Positions 36,901 to 49,700 of a stretch of 64,000 nucleotides of DNA are shown here, one piece after another. Every line of letters begins with the position of its first letter. Within the stretch, counting starts at the first letter, position 1. The DNA is taken from the NCBI RefSeq assembly GCF_006345805.1, contig NC_043001.1, positions 25,730,001-25,794,000 on the forward strand, written 5' to 3'. Both the position numbers and the translations under genes were made by a program. Source of the DNA: Octopus sinensis (lineage: Eukaryota). Under the pieces are notes generated by a model. That model saw only the letters and a list, made by a program, of their open reading frames with translations, was not told the DNA's origin and searched no databases.

Positions 36901-39900
36901 TATTGGGAAGTAGTTATCAGGTTCATTTAAAAATTCATTTCCTTTCATATGTGACATTTAATACCAATTGTTAAAAAAAACAAAAATGAAGAAATATATC
37001 TCTTCTGGACAAACTTCTAAATTATTCATGGTATTTAAATAAAACTCACTAGTTATAATATAACAAAGGAAATTGGTAAAAATAAAATCTTTTTTGTTGT
37101 TTTTTTGAGATTAATGTTGCTGAGAAATCTTTAATTCTTTTGTTACTGTATTTATTTTGAGATGCTCTGTGTTCCTCCCAATTATTTTAAATATAACAAA
37201 GAATTTAGTAAAATAACTTAGTTATCATTAAGCTAGTGTTAGGAACATAAATTGTGACTAAAGTTTGGTGGAAGATTTTAATTCAAAACTTATGAAAACA
37301 AGACATTTGTACTCAGAGCCAGGGCCAGTTTCAGCCGGGTTGGTAACGAAAGGGTTAATCTCTACTTGAACTGCCTTCCAATTGCAACAATGCACTTTGT
37401 TATTTTGGCAACAATATCTCAACCAACTTTGAAGTATCTTACTGTTTTTAAATCGAGACAGCATTGTCAACTGTACATCTATAACAAAGGCAACATAATT
37501 TCAACACCATTTTTCTTTTGCTGTTTATACACAAATTTGTTTAGTAAAATATGAAGAGAATTTCCCTTTTTATTGATGATAAAAATATTGCTGGTTTACC
37601 TAATTTAAAATTTATACATATATAAAGAGCACCATCTGAGTGTGATCGTTGCCAGAGTGGCTATCTGTCCTCCGTGCCAGTGGCACGTAAAAAAACACCA
37701 TTCGAGCGTGATCGTTACCAGCATCGCCTTACTGGCACCTGCGCCAGTGGCATGTGTAAAAGATTCAAGCAAGGTCGTTGCCAGTACCGCCTGACTGGCC
37801 CTTGTGCCAGTGGCACATAAAAGCACCCTCTACAATCTCAGAGTGATTGGTATTAGGAAGGGCATCCAGCTGTAGAAACTCTGCCAGATCAAGATTGAAG
37901 CGTGGTGCAGCCATCTGGTTCGCCAGCCCTCAGTCACACGTCTAACCCATGCTAGCATGAAAAGCGGACGTTAAAAGATGATGATGATGATATAATGCAT
38001 CTGTGTAAATTGCAGTGTTGAAACTAGTATAAAAACTAAACAAGGCAATATTGGAGAATAATGTAATCTGGGATGTGCTTGATTTTGTCTTGAAATATTG
38101 AGTAAAAATTTTTGCTGAAATAATAAATTGATTTAAAAAAAAAAAATACAGATACTCAGAGATATGATGTGAATAAATGTTGAAAACTAAGAAATAAAAT
38201 TTTGGAATTGGTTCTTCATATTAATGACCCAGTATTAGCAAGTGGAGGTCATTCTGAGTTTTTCCTTGTCATGGAGGAGGGTTTGTGTGGTTCAATGACT
38301 TTGAGAGCAACGCCATTGAGAGTCTAGTACAACTGTTAGGACCACCCATGGCAGTAAGGCCAAAGAAATGGGGTTCTTTGAATACAACCAACTTCATTTC
38401 AAGGCCCCAATGATAGAGCAAACAGAGGTGTACAACAATTATGATTGATATGAATAATGCTTGAACTAGTAAAGGAAGGCAACCTTTACTGCTAAGGAGG
38501 TAGCAGACCAACTGGTCTGGTACCACTCAAGACTACAACTGAGTTTGTTGCAGTTTAATCACTTGATACTGTCTGTTTCATTCCACGTGATACAGAAGAT
38601 GAACTAGAATGTTGGTCACTCCCTGGATAGTTGAGATCCCTCATAAACAAATTCATGCCATTAGTATTTCTTCCTGCTGATCATCATCATTTAACGTCAG
38701 CTTTCCATGCTAGCATGGGTTGGACGGTTCAACTGGGGTCTGGGAAGCCCGAAGGCTGCACAAGGCCAGTCAGATCTGGCAGTGTTTCTACAGCTGGATG
38801 CCCTTCCTAACGCCAACCACTCCGTGAGTGTAGTGGGTGCTTTTTATGTGCCACCGACACAGGTGCCAGACGAGGCTGGCGAACGGCCACGCTCGGATGG
38901 TGTTTTTTACGTGCCACCGGCACGGAGGCCAGGCGAGGCTGGCATGGCCACGATCGGATGGTGTTTATTACGTGCCACCAGCACGGAGGCCAGTCGATGA
39001 GGTACTGGCTACGGCCACGTTCGGATGGTTTTCTTAAGTGCCACCGGCACTGGTACCACAAAACTACAAATTCCATTGATGTTGATCGATTTTGATTTGA
39101 TTCTTTGATTTTTGATTTTCACTTGCCTCAACAGGTCTTCACAAGTAGAGTTATGTGTCCCAAGAAGGAAGGTTTTCACAGGTGGACTGACTACATCTCA
39201 GGTAGGGGCCATGGGTTATGGCCTCACTTGTCCTGCCGGGTCTTCTCGCCCACAGCATACTTCCAAAGGTCTCGGTCTCCGGTCATTTCCTCGATGAGAC
39301 CTAAAGAGTGAAGGTCGTTCTTCACCACCTCGTCCCAGGTTTTCCTGGGTCTACCTCTTCCACAGGTTCCCTCAACCGCTAGGGTGTGGCACTTTTTCAC
39401 ACAACTATCTTCATCCATTCTTACTACGTGTCCATACCAGTGTAGACGCCTCTCTTGCACACCACATCTGATGCTTCTTAGGTCCAACTTTTCTCTCAAG
39501 GCACTTACACTCTGTCGGGTATGAACACTGACATTACACATCCAACAGAGCATACTGGCTTCATTTCTTGCGAGCTTACGCATATCCTCAGCAGTCACGG
39601 CCCATGTTTCACTGCCATGTAGCATGGCTGTTCGCACACATGCGTCATACAGTCTGCCTTTTACTCTGAGCGAGAGGCCTTTTGTCACCAGCAGAGGTAA
39701 GAGCTCTCTGAACTTTGCCCAGGCTATTCTTACTCTAGCAGTTACCCTTTCGGCACACCCACCCCCGCTACTGACTTGGTCACCTAGGTAACGGAAACTA
39801 TCAACTATTTCAAGTTTTTCTCCCTGGAATGTGGCGAAAGATGGTCTCTGTGCATTTTCAGTGTTTATTGCACCAGAGCATCTGCCACATACAAAAACTA

Positions 39901-42900
39901 TATTCCTAGTTAGCCTTCCTTTGACATTGCTGCACCTCTTATGTGTCCATAGCTTACACTTGGTGCATCTTATAGAGTTCCTACCTACGCCTTTTCTACA
40001 GATCGAGCAGGGCCATCTACCTAAAGGCGTTTGAGATTTGTCTACCTTCCTACTTATTAGATATATATATATTTTTTAATAAGAAATCAAAATTCTTAGA
40101 TGCAAGAAAAAGCTGACAATTAGGAGGTGGATAAAGTTTAAAATCTAAAAGAATGAAGAAATGAGAATAGAAATAAAGTGAAATAAAAAAATATAAGTAA
40201 TTATGATTAATGACGTGTAAATAAAATTTAGAATGAGATAACAAATTTACCTTGGAGCTAAAGAGTCGAATTCATCAAAAAAGATGATACATGGTTTAGC
40301 TTTCCTGGCACTGGAAACACAAACAAAACAGCTTAAGTTTTTTTTTTCCATTTTTTTTCATTAAAAATACATATATAAATTCTAAGTGTACATATATAAA
40401 TATATATAAATTCTAAGTAAAAATATTAATTATTTCAAGACTCATTACATGTGGATGGTGCACAGAAAATAATCAAATAAGTTACCTAAATCAAATTCTA
40501 ACACAAAATAAAATAGTTTATTCTTTATTCCTATAAATGTTTCAATGCTTAATTACTAAAATCTACAGAAAAAAACATTTATGCACATTATTAAGCGAAA
40601 AATACGATAGAAGAAATAAGAGTATAGCTTTATTAAATCTAAAAAATTTGCAAACTAACCGATTGAATGTATCTCGAACAGCTTGTTCACTGGCACCTAC
40701 ATATTTATTTAGAAGCTCTGGGCCCTAAAAAAAAAAAATTATTTTAATAATTCAGATCAAAATTTTATAAAATCACAGATTAAAATTTCTGTAGTTCTTT
40801 CAGTGGAAGCAAACCAAAGGTACAATTCAGCAAACCGAATTGTTCCTCTTTTGACAAATTTGAGGAGCAAAGTGTTTTAGTAAAAGCAAGAACAGATCAA
40901 TAAATGAGATTTAGTGATTTAATTGTGAAGCAAAAGAAGTACGTAAAATGTAATATTTTAATGTTCATATCATAAAATAGGATTTGTCAATAAAGTAGAA
41001 ATTTTGTAAAGGAAATGAACATGCTTAGAAAGATATAGAACTTTCTTATAAACTTATAGTGAAATATTTTCTATAGAATAATAAATTTAATTACCTAGGT
41101 TGTGGACATCTATGGCATTTGAAAGAAATGTTGAAAGAGACATACATATGCACACAAATTTTATAATGCTAAAGAAGCTCTCATAAACATGTTATTTTGC
41201 AGTTGTTTGCCTAGTTACTTATATATGTTCAATAAACTCAATTTAACATCATTAAATTTCTGAGAGTCTATAGTCTTTTTAGATTCATGGATGGTAAATA
41301 GCGGTATCTATGGAAAATAGTAGCAGTTTTGTAAAATTAGTTTGGTTGATATTCTGTTTATGCAATTTTTGCCCTCTTTCAAAGAGACTTTCATTTAAAC
41401 TATAAAAATTACAAGTCTTTGTCAGTGGTTCTAAGTAGCAGTGGTAAAATAATTTTATATCTAAAGTTCCCTGTTTGTTTAAAGAATACAAAAGACTCAC
41501 TTTAACTGTTATAAAATTCATTCGGCACTCTTTGGCCAGAGCTGCAACAATTAATGTTTTTCCGGTACCTGGTGCACCAAATAACAATATTCCACTTCGT
41601 CTTCGAATTGGACATTTGGAAAACAAATTTGGATACTGAAAATATTTAGAAACAGAAGAAAACACTTTGAAGGATATTTACTAAATAGATAAGAAAACAT
41701 CTAAACTTGTGCGTGCGCATGCAGGAACGTGTGCGTGTGCATGCAGGAACGTGTGCGTGCGCATGCGCGTACGTGTGTGTGCGCATGTGCAAACGTGTAA
41801 GTGCGCATACGCGAACGTTTGCTTGCACATGCACGTACGTGTGCTTGCGCATGCGCGTACGTGTGCTTGCGCATGCGCGAACGTGCAAGTGCGCTTGCGC
41901 TAACGTGCAAGTGCGCATGCGCGAACGTGCAAGTGCGCATGCGCGTACTTGTGCGTGCACATGCGCGTACGTGTGTGTGCGCATGCGCGTACTTGTGCAT
42001 GCTCATGCGCGAACGTGTGCATGCACGAACGTGTAAGTGCGCATGCGCGAATGTTTGCTTGCGCATGCGCGTACTTGTGCGTGCGCATGTGCGAACGTGT
42101 GAGTGCGCATGCGCGTACGTGCGAACGTGTAAGTGCGCATGCGCGAACGTTTGCTTGCGCATACTTGTGCGTGCGCATGCGCGAACTTGTGAGTGCGCAT
42201 GCGCGTACGTATGCGTGCATATGCGCATTCGCGTATGTGTGCGTGCGCATGCGCGAACGTTTTTATAAGTTTTGAATTAAAATCTTCCACCAAACCTTAG
42301 TCACAATTTATGTTCCTAACACTAGCTTAATGATAACTAAGTTATTTTATTAAATTCTTTGTTATATTGTTATATTTACGTGTGCGTGCGCATGCGCGAA
42401 CGTTTGCTTGCACATGCGCGAACGTGTTAGTGCGCATGTGCCTGCGCATGCGCGTACGTGTGCATGCATGAACGTGTATATGCGCATGCACGAATGTGTA
42501 AGTGCACATGCGCGTACTTGTGCGTGCGCATGCGCGAACCTGTAAGTGCGCATATGCGTACGTGTGCAACGGACACGCACGTAAAAGCACCATCCGTTTG
42601 TCTCCGTTGCCAGCCTTGCCTGGCCCCCGTGCCGGTGGCACGTAATAGCAACATCCGTTCGTGGCCGTTTGCCAGCTCCGTCTGGCACCTGTGTGGGTGG
42701 CACGTAAAAAGCACCCACTACACTCACGGAGTGGTTGGCGTTAGGAAGGGCATCCAGCCGTAGAAACACTGCCAGATCAGACTGGGCCTGATGCAGCCTT
42801 CCGGCTTCACAGACCCCAGTTGAACCGTCCAACCCATGCTAGCATGGAAAGCGGACGCTAAATGATGATGATGAATGCTGATGGACAAAATCATAAGCAC

Positions 42901-43277
42901 AATTTATTTATATAACATATATATATATGCTGAGACCCCCTTCAGTCATGACTGACCATGGGATTGCACCTAGAAAGTTACCCTCTCAGGCACAAGTCTA
43001 AGCAAGGTTGCTTTCATGGAAGACAGGCAGACGCCCATGCATACCAGCCTCCCCTCTCCACGCCATCAGTGTTATCCAAGGGAGAGGCAAAGGCCGATAC
43101 AGCTTGGCACCTGTGATGTCACAATTCATTTCTACAGCTGAGTGAACTGGAGCAACATCAAATAAAGTGTCTTGCTCAAGAATACAACACGTAGCGCGGT
43201 CCGGGAACCTAACTAACAACCTCACAATCGTAAGCTCGACGCTCTAATCACTGAGCCATGCGCCTTCACTATATATG

Positions 43278-43359
<82 letters not shown>

Positions 43360-46300
43360 TATATATATACACATACATATATATATATGAATAAATGAAA
43401 GAATGGAGTCGAACGAAAATGTTAACAAAATTCCTTTACTCTCGACACATGTTTCGAAGACAGCATGTTTTCATTCCACAGGAATTTGCTACCCAGGTTT
43501 CGGTTAAACGAATTTTCCATGCTGACGATAAACATAGGACAATTCATTCACCTACTTAAATATATATATATATATATACTTATAGGCACATGTACATGGG
43601 TGTGCGGGTGCAAATATGCATGTATGGACATGCGTGCTTACATGAATACTATTTTTACTCCCTCCCCTCACTTAGCGATCATTCTAATAGCTCTTTTGTT
43701 TTAATAACGGTCAATCACACAGTAATTTCCCTTTGATTAATGGTCATTTTCATAGCAATTTTTTGATGGCCGGATAACTGAATATAGCAGCTATCATATG
43801 GAGCTACAGAGTCAAATTCATTGTTAAAAAGTTAATTTTAAGGGGTTTTTTTGTTCTTTTCCTGTTTTAATATTGGTCTTACTTTTTGTTAGGATTTACA
43901 TTTCAGGGCTACCATTTCTCATGTTAATCATTTACATTTGAAGAGCAAATAGTATCCGTTTTCAGTGAGATTGATCAAGGCTAAGAGTATGCATTGCTTA
44001 AGAGGTACATCATACTGCAGGTAACACACTTTCAGCTAGTGACTTTTGTGTCAGGATCCATTCTTCTCTTTTAATCTGTTCATTTCCAATGTCTTTGGCA
44101 CAACCAAATATACTAAAAACATATATAGGCTCACCTTAGATGGCCAAACAAACGTTTCCATAAGCAGACTTTTCACATCATCCAGACCACCAACATCAGA
44201 CCATCCAGATGCTTCGCTGTCATGGAGTTCAATACCACGTAAGGATAGGGGAGAGAAATCAATGAAAGCTTGGTCAAAATCTTCTTGTTTAAGTTGTAAC
44301 TGGGACAAGTCTAGTTGTAACCTGGAATATGATTCACTGTAATCTGAAATTTAAATATTAATTCTATTTAAAAATCTGATAAAAATATTACTAAAATAGT
44401 GGTCATTTAGACAAATGAATATCAATAAAAATTTTTTTTTAATTTCATAGGCGCAGGAGTGGCTGTGTGGTAAGTAGCTTGCTTACCAACCACATGGTTC
44501 TGGGTTCAGCTCCATTGCGTGGCACATTGGGCAAGTATCTTCTACTATAGCCTTGGGCCGACCAAAGCCTTGTGAGTGGATTTGGTAGACGGAAACTGAA
44601 AGAAGCCTGTCGTATATATGTATATATATGTGTGTGTGTGTGTTTGTGCGTCTGTGTCCCCCCAACATCGCTCGACAACCGATGCTGGTGTGTTTACGTC
44701 ACCGTAACTTAACGGTTTGGCAAAAATGATCGATAGAATAAGTACTAGGCTTATAAGGAATAAGTTCTAGGGTCGATTTGCTTGACTAAAGGCGGTGCTC
44801 CAGCATGGCCACAGTCAAATGACTGAAACAAGTAAAAGAGTAAGTATTCTTGCTTGGTTTGTACCAGAAAGGAAAAGCAAGTGATAAGTAGTATAACCAC
44901 AAATTGAAAGTATTTGTTTTCAATTCCACAAGGTTTATAAAGGGGAATTTTATCGTTATTATTTTTAGTCAGCATCATCATTTAATGTCTGTTTCCCATG
45001 CTGGCATGAGTTGGACAGTTTGATAGGATCTGGCAAGGCCGGGAACTCCACCAGGCTCCATCGTTTGTTTTGGCATGGTTTCTATGGCTGGATAACCTTC
45101 CTAGTGTCAACAGCACTGACAGGCTCACCAACCAATTTGCAAGACAAAACTCCTTGACTGGCAGTGATGGGAGGAAGTAGTATTGAGAGGTTGTGGACTT
45201 GTGCTAGTTGAGAGATTAGTTGAAAGCATAGAGGGACGAGAGGTGTCTTGCTGTAGAGTAGACACATAGAACCTGTCATGAAGAAAGGTTGCAGATAAAA
45301 CTTAAGTGAGAAGCAAAACAATAGTCAGTAGACCATGAAATCGTTAAATATTTAAAACTAATTCCATATATCAATTCATTTATCTTGTATGTGTATGTGT
45401 ATGCATGCATTTGTGTGTGTGAAGGGGTCTCATCTTGCATATTACTTGGTAACCCCACTAGTGTTGGTGCCATTAAAAAAAGCAGCCAATATACTGTGAA
45501 GTTGCTGGTGTGAGGAAGAGCATCCAGCTGTAGAAATCTTGCCAAAGCTATCTTCCTTGCTCAAAAGGATTTCATTATATATCAATGAAAGCATATTCAT
45601 TTCATCTGTTTTTATTGTTTTTTAATGATATTACTTGCTAAAAATATAAATTAACTCTCTAGCATTCATACAACTACTATGTCAAATATAATGCTCATTT
45701 ATTCACATTGTTCTGGATTATCATGCATTATCTCATACTTTAAAAACTTCAACGATGTGTTTATTTTTAGAATAACATTGTGGCTTGAGAGTGAGGGACT
45801 GGATCGGGTCAGTTTGAACATAAAACAAGTAGAATATTTGGGATGCATACGGTCAGTTTATATTTAGGGTCCAAATACTGACTAGATAATATAAATATAA
45901 ACTACATCTTACAGCTGTTTCAGCCATGTAGATATGAGTATCTCATTACAAGTCACTTACCAGACTGCTTTTGTTGTAAATGTGAATGAATGGCTCGGTT
46001 GACAATTTTCTTTAAATCTTGAACCACAAAGCCTTCGGCTTTTGCAGCTATTTTCTTCAAATCAATCTGTTTTCTAACATCTGAATGAACAGCTAAATTT
46101 GATTCTAACAAACTTTCAAGAATTTCTTCTCTGGTTTTCTAGAAATACAAAACAAAATAATAATTATACTTAAAATGTGACTAGAAACATCATCATCATC
46201 ATCATCGTTTAACATTTGCTTTCCATGCTGGCATGGGTTGGACAGTTTAACTGAGGACCGGCAAGCCAGGAGGCTGCACCAGGCTCCAATCTGATCTGGC

Positions 46301-46663
46301 AAAGTTTCTACAGCTGGATGCCCTTCCTAATGCCAACACTCTGAGAGTGTGGTGGGTGCATTTTATGTGCCGTCAGTTTAGTCAGGCGGCACAGGCACCA
46401 ACCATGCTTGAATGGTGCTTTTTATGTGCCACTAGCACAGGAGCCAGTTAGACATCACTGGCAACCTTGGATCAGGCTTTCTTGTCATTGGACCTGGACA
46501 CTGACTCTCATAGCAGACTGTAGACAATGACTGCTATACTTCAACCCTTCTACATTAAACTCATCATTTACAAAATATTCATGATATATTAAAAGTTATG
46601 AGAATATAGCCAATTCAACGTTTATTGAATAAATACACACAAATACATACATACATATATATA

Positions 46664-46721
<58 letters not shown>

Positions 46722-49700
46722 TAATATAATGGACAGAATATTCTATGAATAATGTAGCAGGATTAGGTCATAATTGTACAATTTACTCATCAGGTGTAGA
46801 AGGTGGCGAGCTGGCAGAAACATTAGCACGCTGGGCGAAATGCTTAGCAGTATTTCGTCTGCCACTACGTTCTGAATTCAAATTCTGCCGAGGTCGATTA
46901 AATAAGTACCAGTTATGCATTGGGGTCGATATAATCGACTTAATCTGTTTGTCTGTCCTTGTTTGTCCTCTCTGGGTTTAGCCCCTTGTGGGTAGTAAAA
47001 GAAATAGGTATTTCGTCTGCTGTTATGTTCTGAGTTCAAATTCCGCTGAGGACGACTTTGCCTTTCATCCTTTTGGTGTCGATAAATTAAGTACCATTTA
47101 TGCACTGGAGTCGATGTGTCTGTCCTTGTTTGTCCCCTCTACGTTTAGCCCCTTGTGGGCAATAAAGAAATAAGGAGTACAAACAATGTACAACTGTTTT
47201 GAATAAAAATAGAAGAAATTAGAAAATAGAGTGTATTATGAGTATGGTGTAAGATGGGGAATTGGTTTAGGTAATTACCTGAGAGATTTATCTCAGTTAT
47301 AGGTTGTTTGCACACCTGATGAGTAAACTATGCAATTATAGTGTAATTTCATGAAACATCAGTTACTCTCATCTTTTATATATGACAATGTCCCAATGAT
47401 GCTACACACACATTTTAACTTTTTGTGATGGGTTACAAAAATCTTAATAAGTATGATTTAGGGAAATATTTCACCTGTTCAGGGTATGGGATGTTGATAG
47501 TCAGTTGTATGTAATGTGTGCCACGTGATGATATTAACTTTTGGTGAAGAGACATCCTAGATTCACTAGTAGCTATCACACCAACAGAGGAATGAGATAT
47601 CAACAGTTTCTTCAGCATGTCGCAGACAACTGTAACAATTAGACAAATAAAAGAAATACGTAACTTTTATCAATAAAATAAACCATTACATTGATCAAAT
47701 AATACAAGAATAATGCATACATTTCATCATTTAGGTTTTTGTGTATTTAATATATAGAGAACTCTAAAACACAAGTTAAAAAAAAAAGGAGGTCTAAATT
47801 GCAAGACATTCAAAGCTAACATATGTTTCCATTCTACAAATACATAGACCAATATTTTAAGTCTTCTTACTTACTAAAGCAAGATTAGATTCACAGACCC
47901 TATGATAATCTTCTCTATTTTACTCCATCCTTTATATATCCCCTTATCAACTCTCCCTTCCCTTCATTTCTTTTCCAATCGTCTTTAGCCATTTCTTTCT
48001 GGATCTCAACTTCTTTCCACATTATTTCCATCAGTCCTCTTAGCTTTTGTCAATACAAAACATTGACAAAACAATTGAGAAATATTTGTAGAGAAATGGA
48101 ATGAATTTTCTTTTTCTACAGGTTGATTTCTTTTCTATAATTAGTTCATTTGTTTAAATAAAGTAGTCATAAAAGTCTTAATACAAGTTTATTTTATCTT
48201 AAAATTTATGAACCTTAATCAAGTACAAAATTTAATTATAGCTATAAAAAGTTGGATGGAAATCATAGTTTCTTTAAATAGATTTTCCTTAGCCAATTAA
48301 TTTATAGATAGTCATAAGTAATATACCAGATGAAATTCGAATGTTTTCCAAGGGATCCATATCTATATCTGTGTCTCGACTGCATAAGCAGTCAAGGTCA
48401 TCTAATACCACAATAGCAGGTTGTCTCCAAGTAGCTTCTTCAAACTGCTGTTCCAGAAAGGTACGGATGCTAGATATCTTTTTACCTAGCAAGCAGAAGT
48501 AAAATGAGAATTTTTAAAACAACAGTAAGGAAATTACAGCGGTAAAACATAGGTGCAAATTAATAAATAACACTCAAAGAATTTAGTGTTTACTGAATAA
48601 AAATTGAAAGAGAAATATAACTCACAGCATTCAATTATATCATTTTAATAAAAATTCATATTTGATTTTAATAAATATTCATAATTGATTTTTGAGAAAT
48701 AAATTACTGAAGTTAAAAATAAAACAGTAAATAAATTATTGAAATATTTTGTATTTGCAGTATAAAGTTAAATAACATACCAACAAGAGATTTACAAGAT
48801 ATAATAAGAGGGTATGCTAGTGTGGGATGCTCCAGTAATTCTTTACAAATAGCTGAAGCAAGAGTAGTTTTTCCACTTCCAGTGGCACCTGTGATCAGTA
48901 AAATTCCTTGGGATGATCTTGATAATGTCATAGAAGTAGAGCCATTGTTACTAAGACACATATGAAAATGTAAGAGAGCTTTTGATATTTGAGGCTGCAG
49001 ACCCCTGAAATATTTAAAAATAAACATTATGTAAAGTAAGAACTGCAGTAATAATATAAATATACTTTAAAAACGAAATATTCATTTTAAATACAAAATG
49101 CATACAACAGATACCCATGGGTGCTATAAAAGGCTGTATGTGTCTAACACTTACCAGAAAATGTTAAATAATTTTGTACCTTTAAAGTTACCAACTATTA
49201 AGAAATTTTATATTACAAAAATATATATCAAATAATTATGTAAGCATCTTGAAAGATATCTAACTCAAACTTCAGCAAGAAATTAACATTTGGTTACAGA
49301 TGACAGATGTAGCTGGAAATTAAGAAATTTAACATCTATGTTGAATCTAGCTGAATACCATTTCTAATACCAAAGAAGATGAACTACTGAACTATACAGA
49401 TAAACTTAAGCAGAATCTTTATCTATACTAGATTAGTTTTTGAAATAAATCATAGCTATTATGTTAACCCTTTAGTATTTAAACCGTCCGTTTCCGGCCC
49501 AAATATTCTACTTGTTTTATGTTCAGACTGGCCATATTCAGCCTCTCACACCTACCCTACAATGTCATTCTAAAAATAAGCAACCACATCATCAAAATCT
49601 TAAAGCTTCAAGATAATGCATGATTACTTCAAAACAGTGTGAACCAAAAAGCATTAAATTTGATGGAGTACTCTGAATATTAAAGGGTTAATCTGTCAGA

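Noticed and set aside
41646-42832. Many overlapping His/Ala/Arg/Cys/Val-rich ORFs
   Set aside because: Translations of the 22-bp satellite, open in most frames and with no splice context
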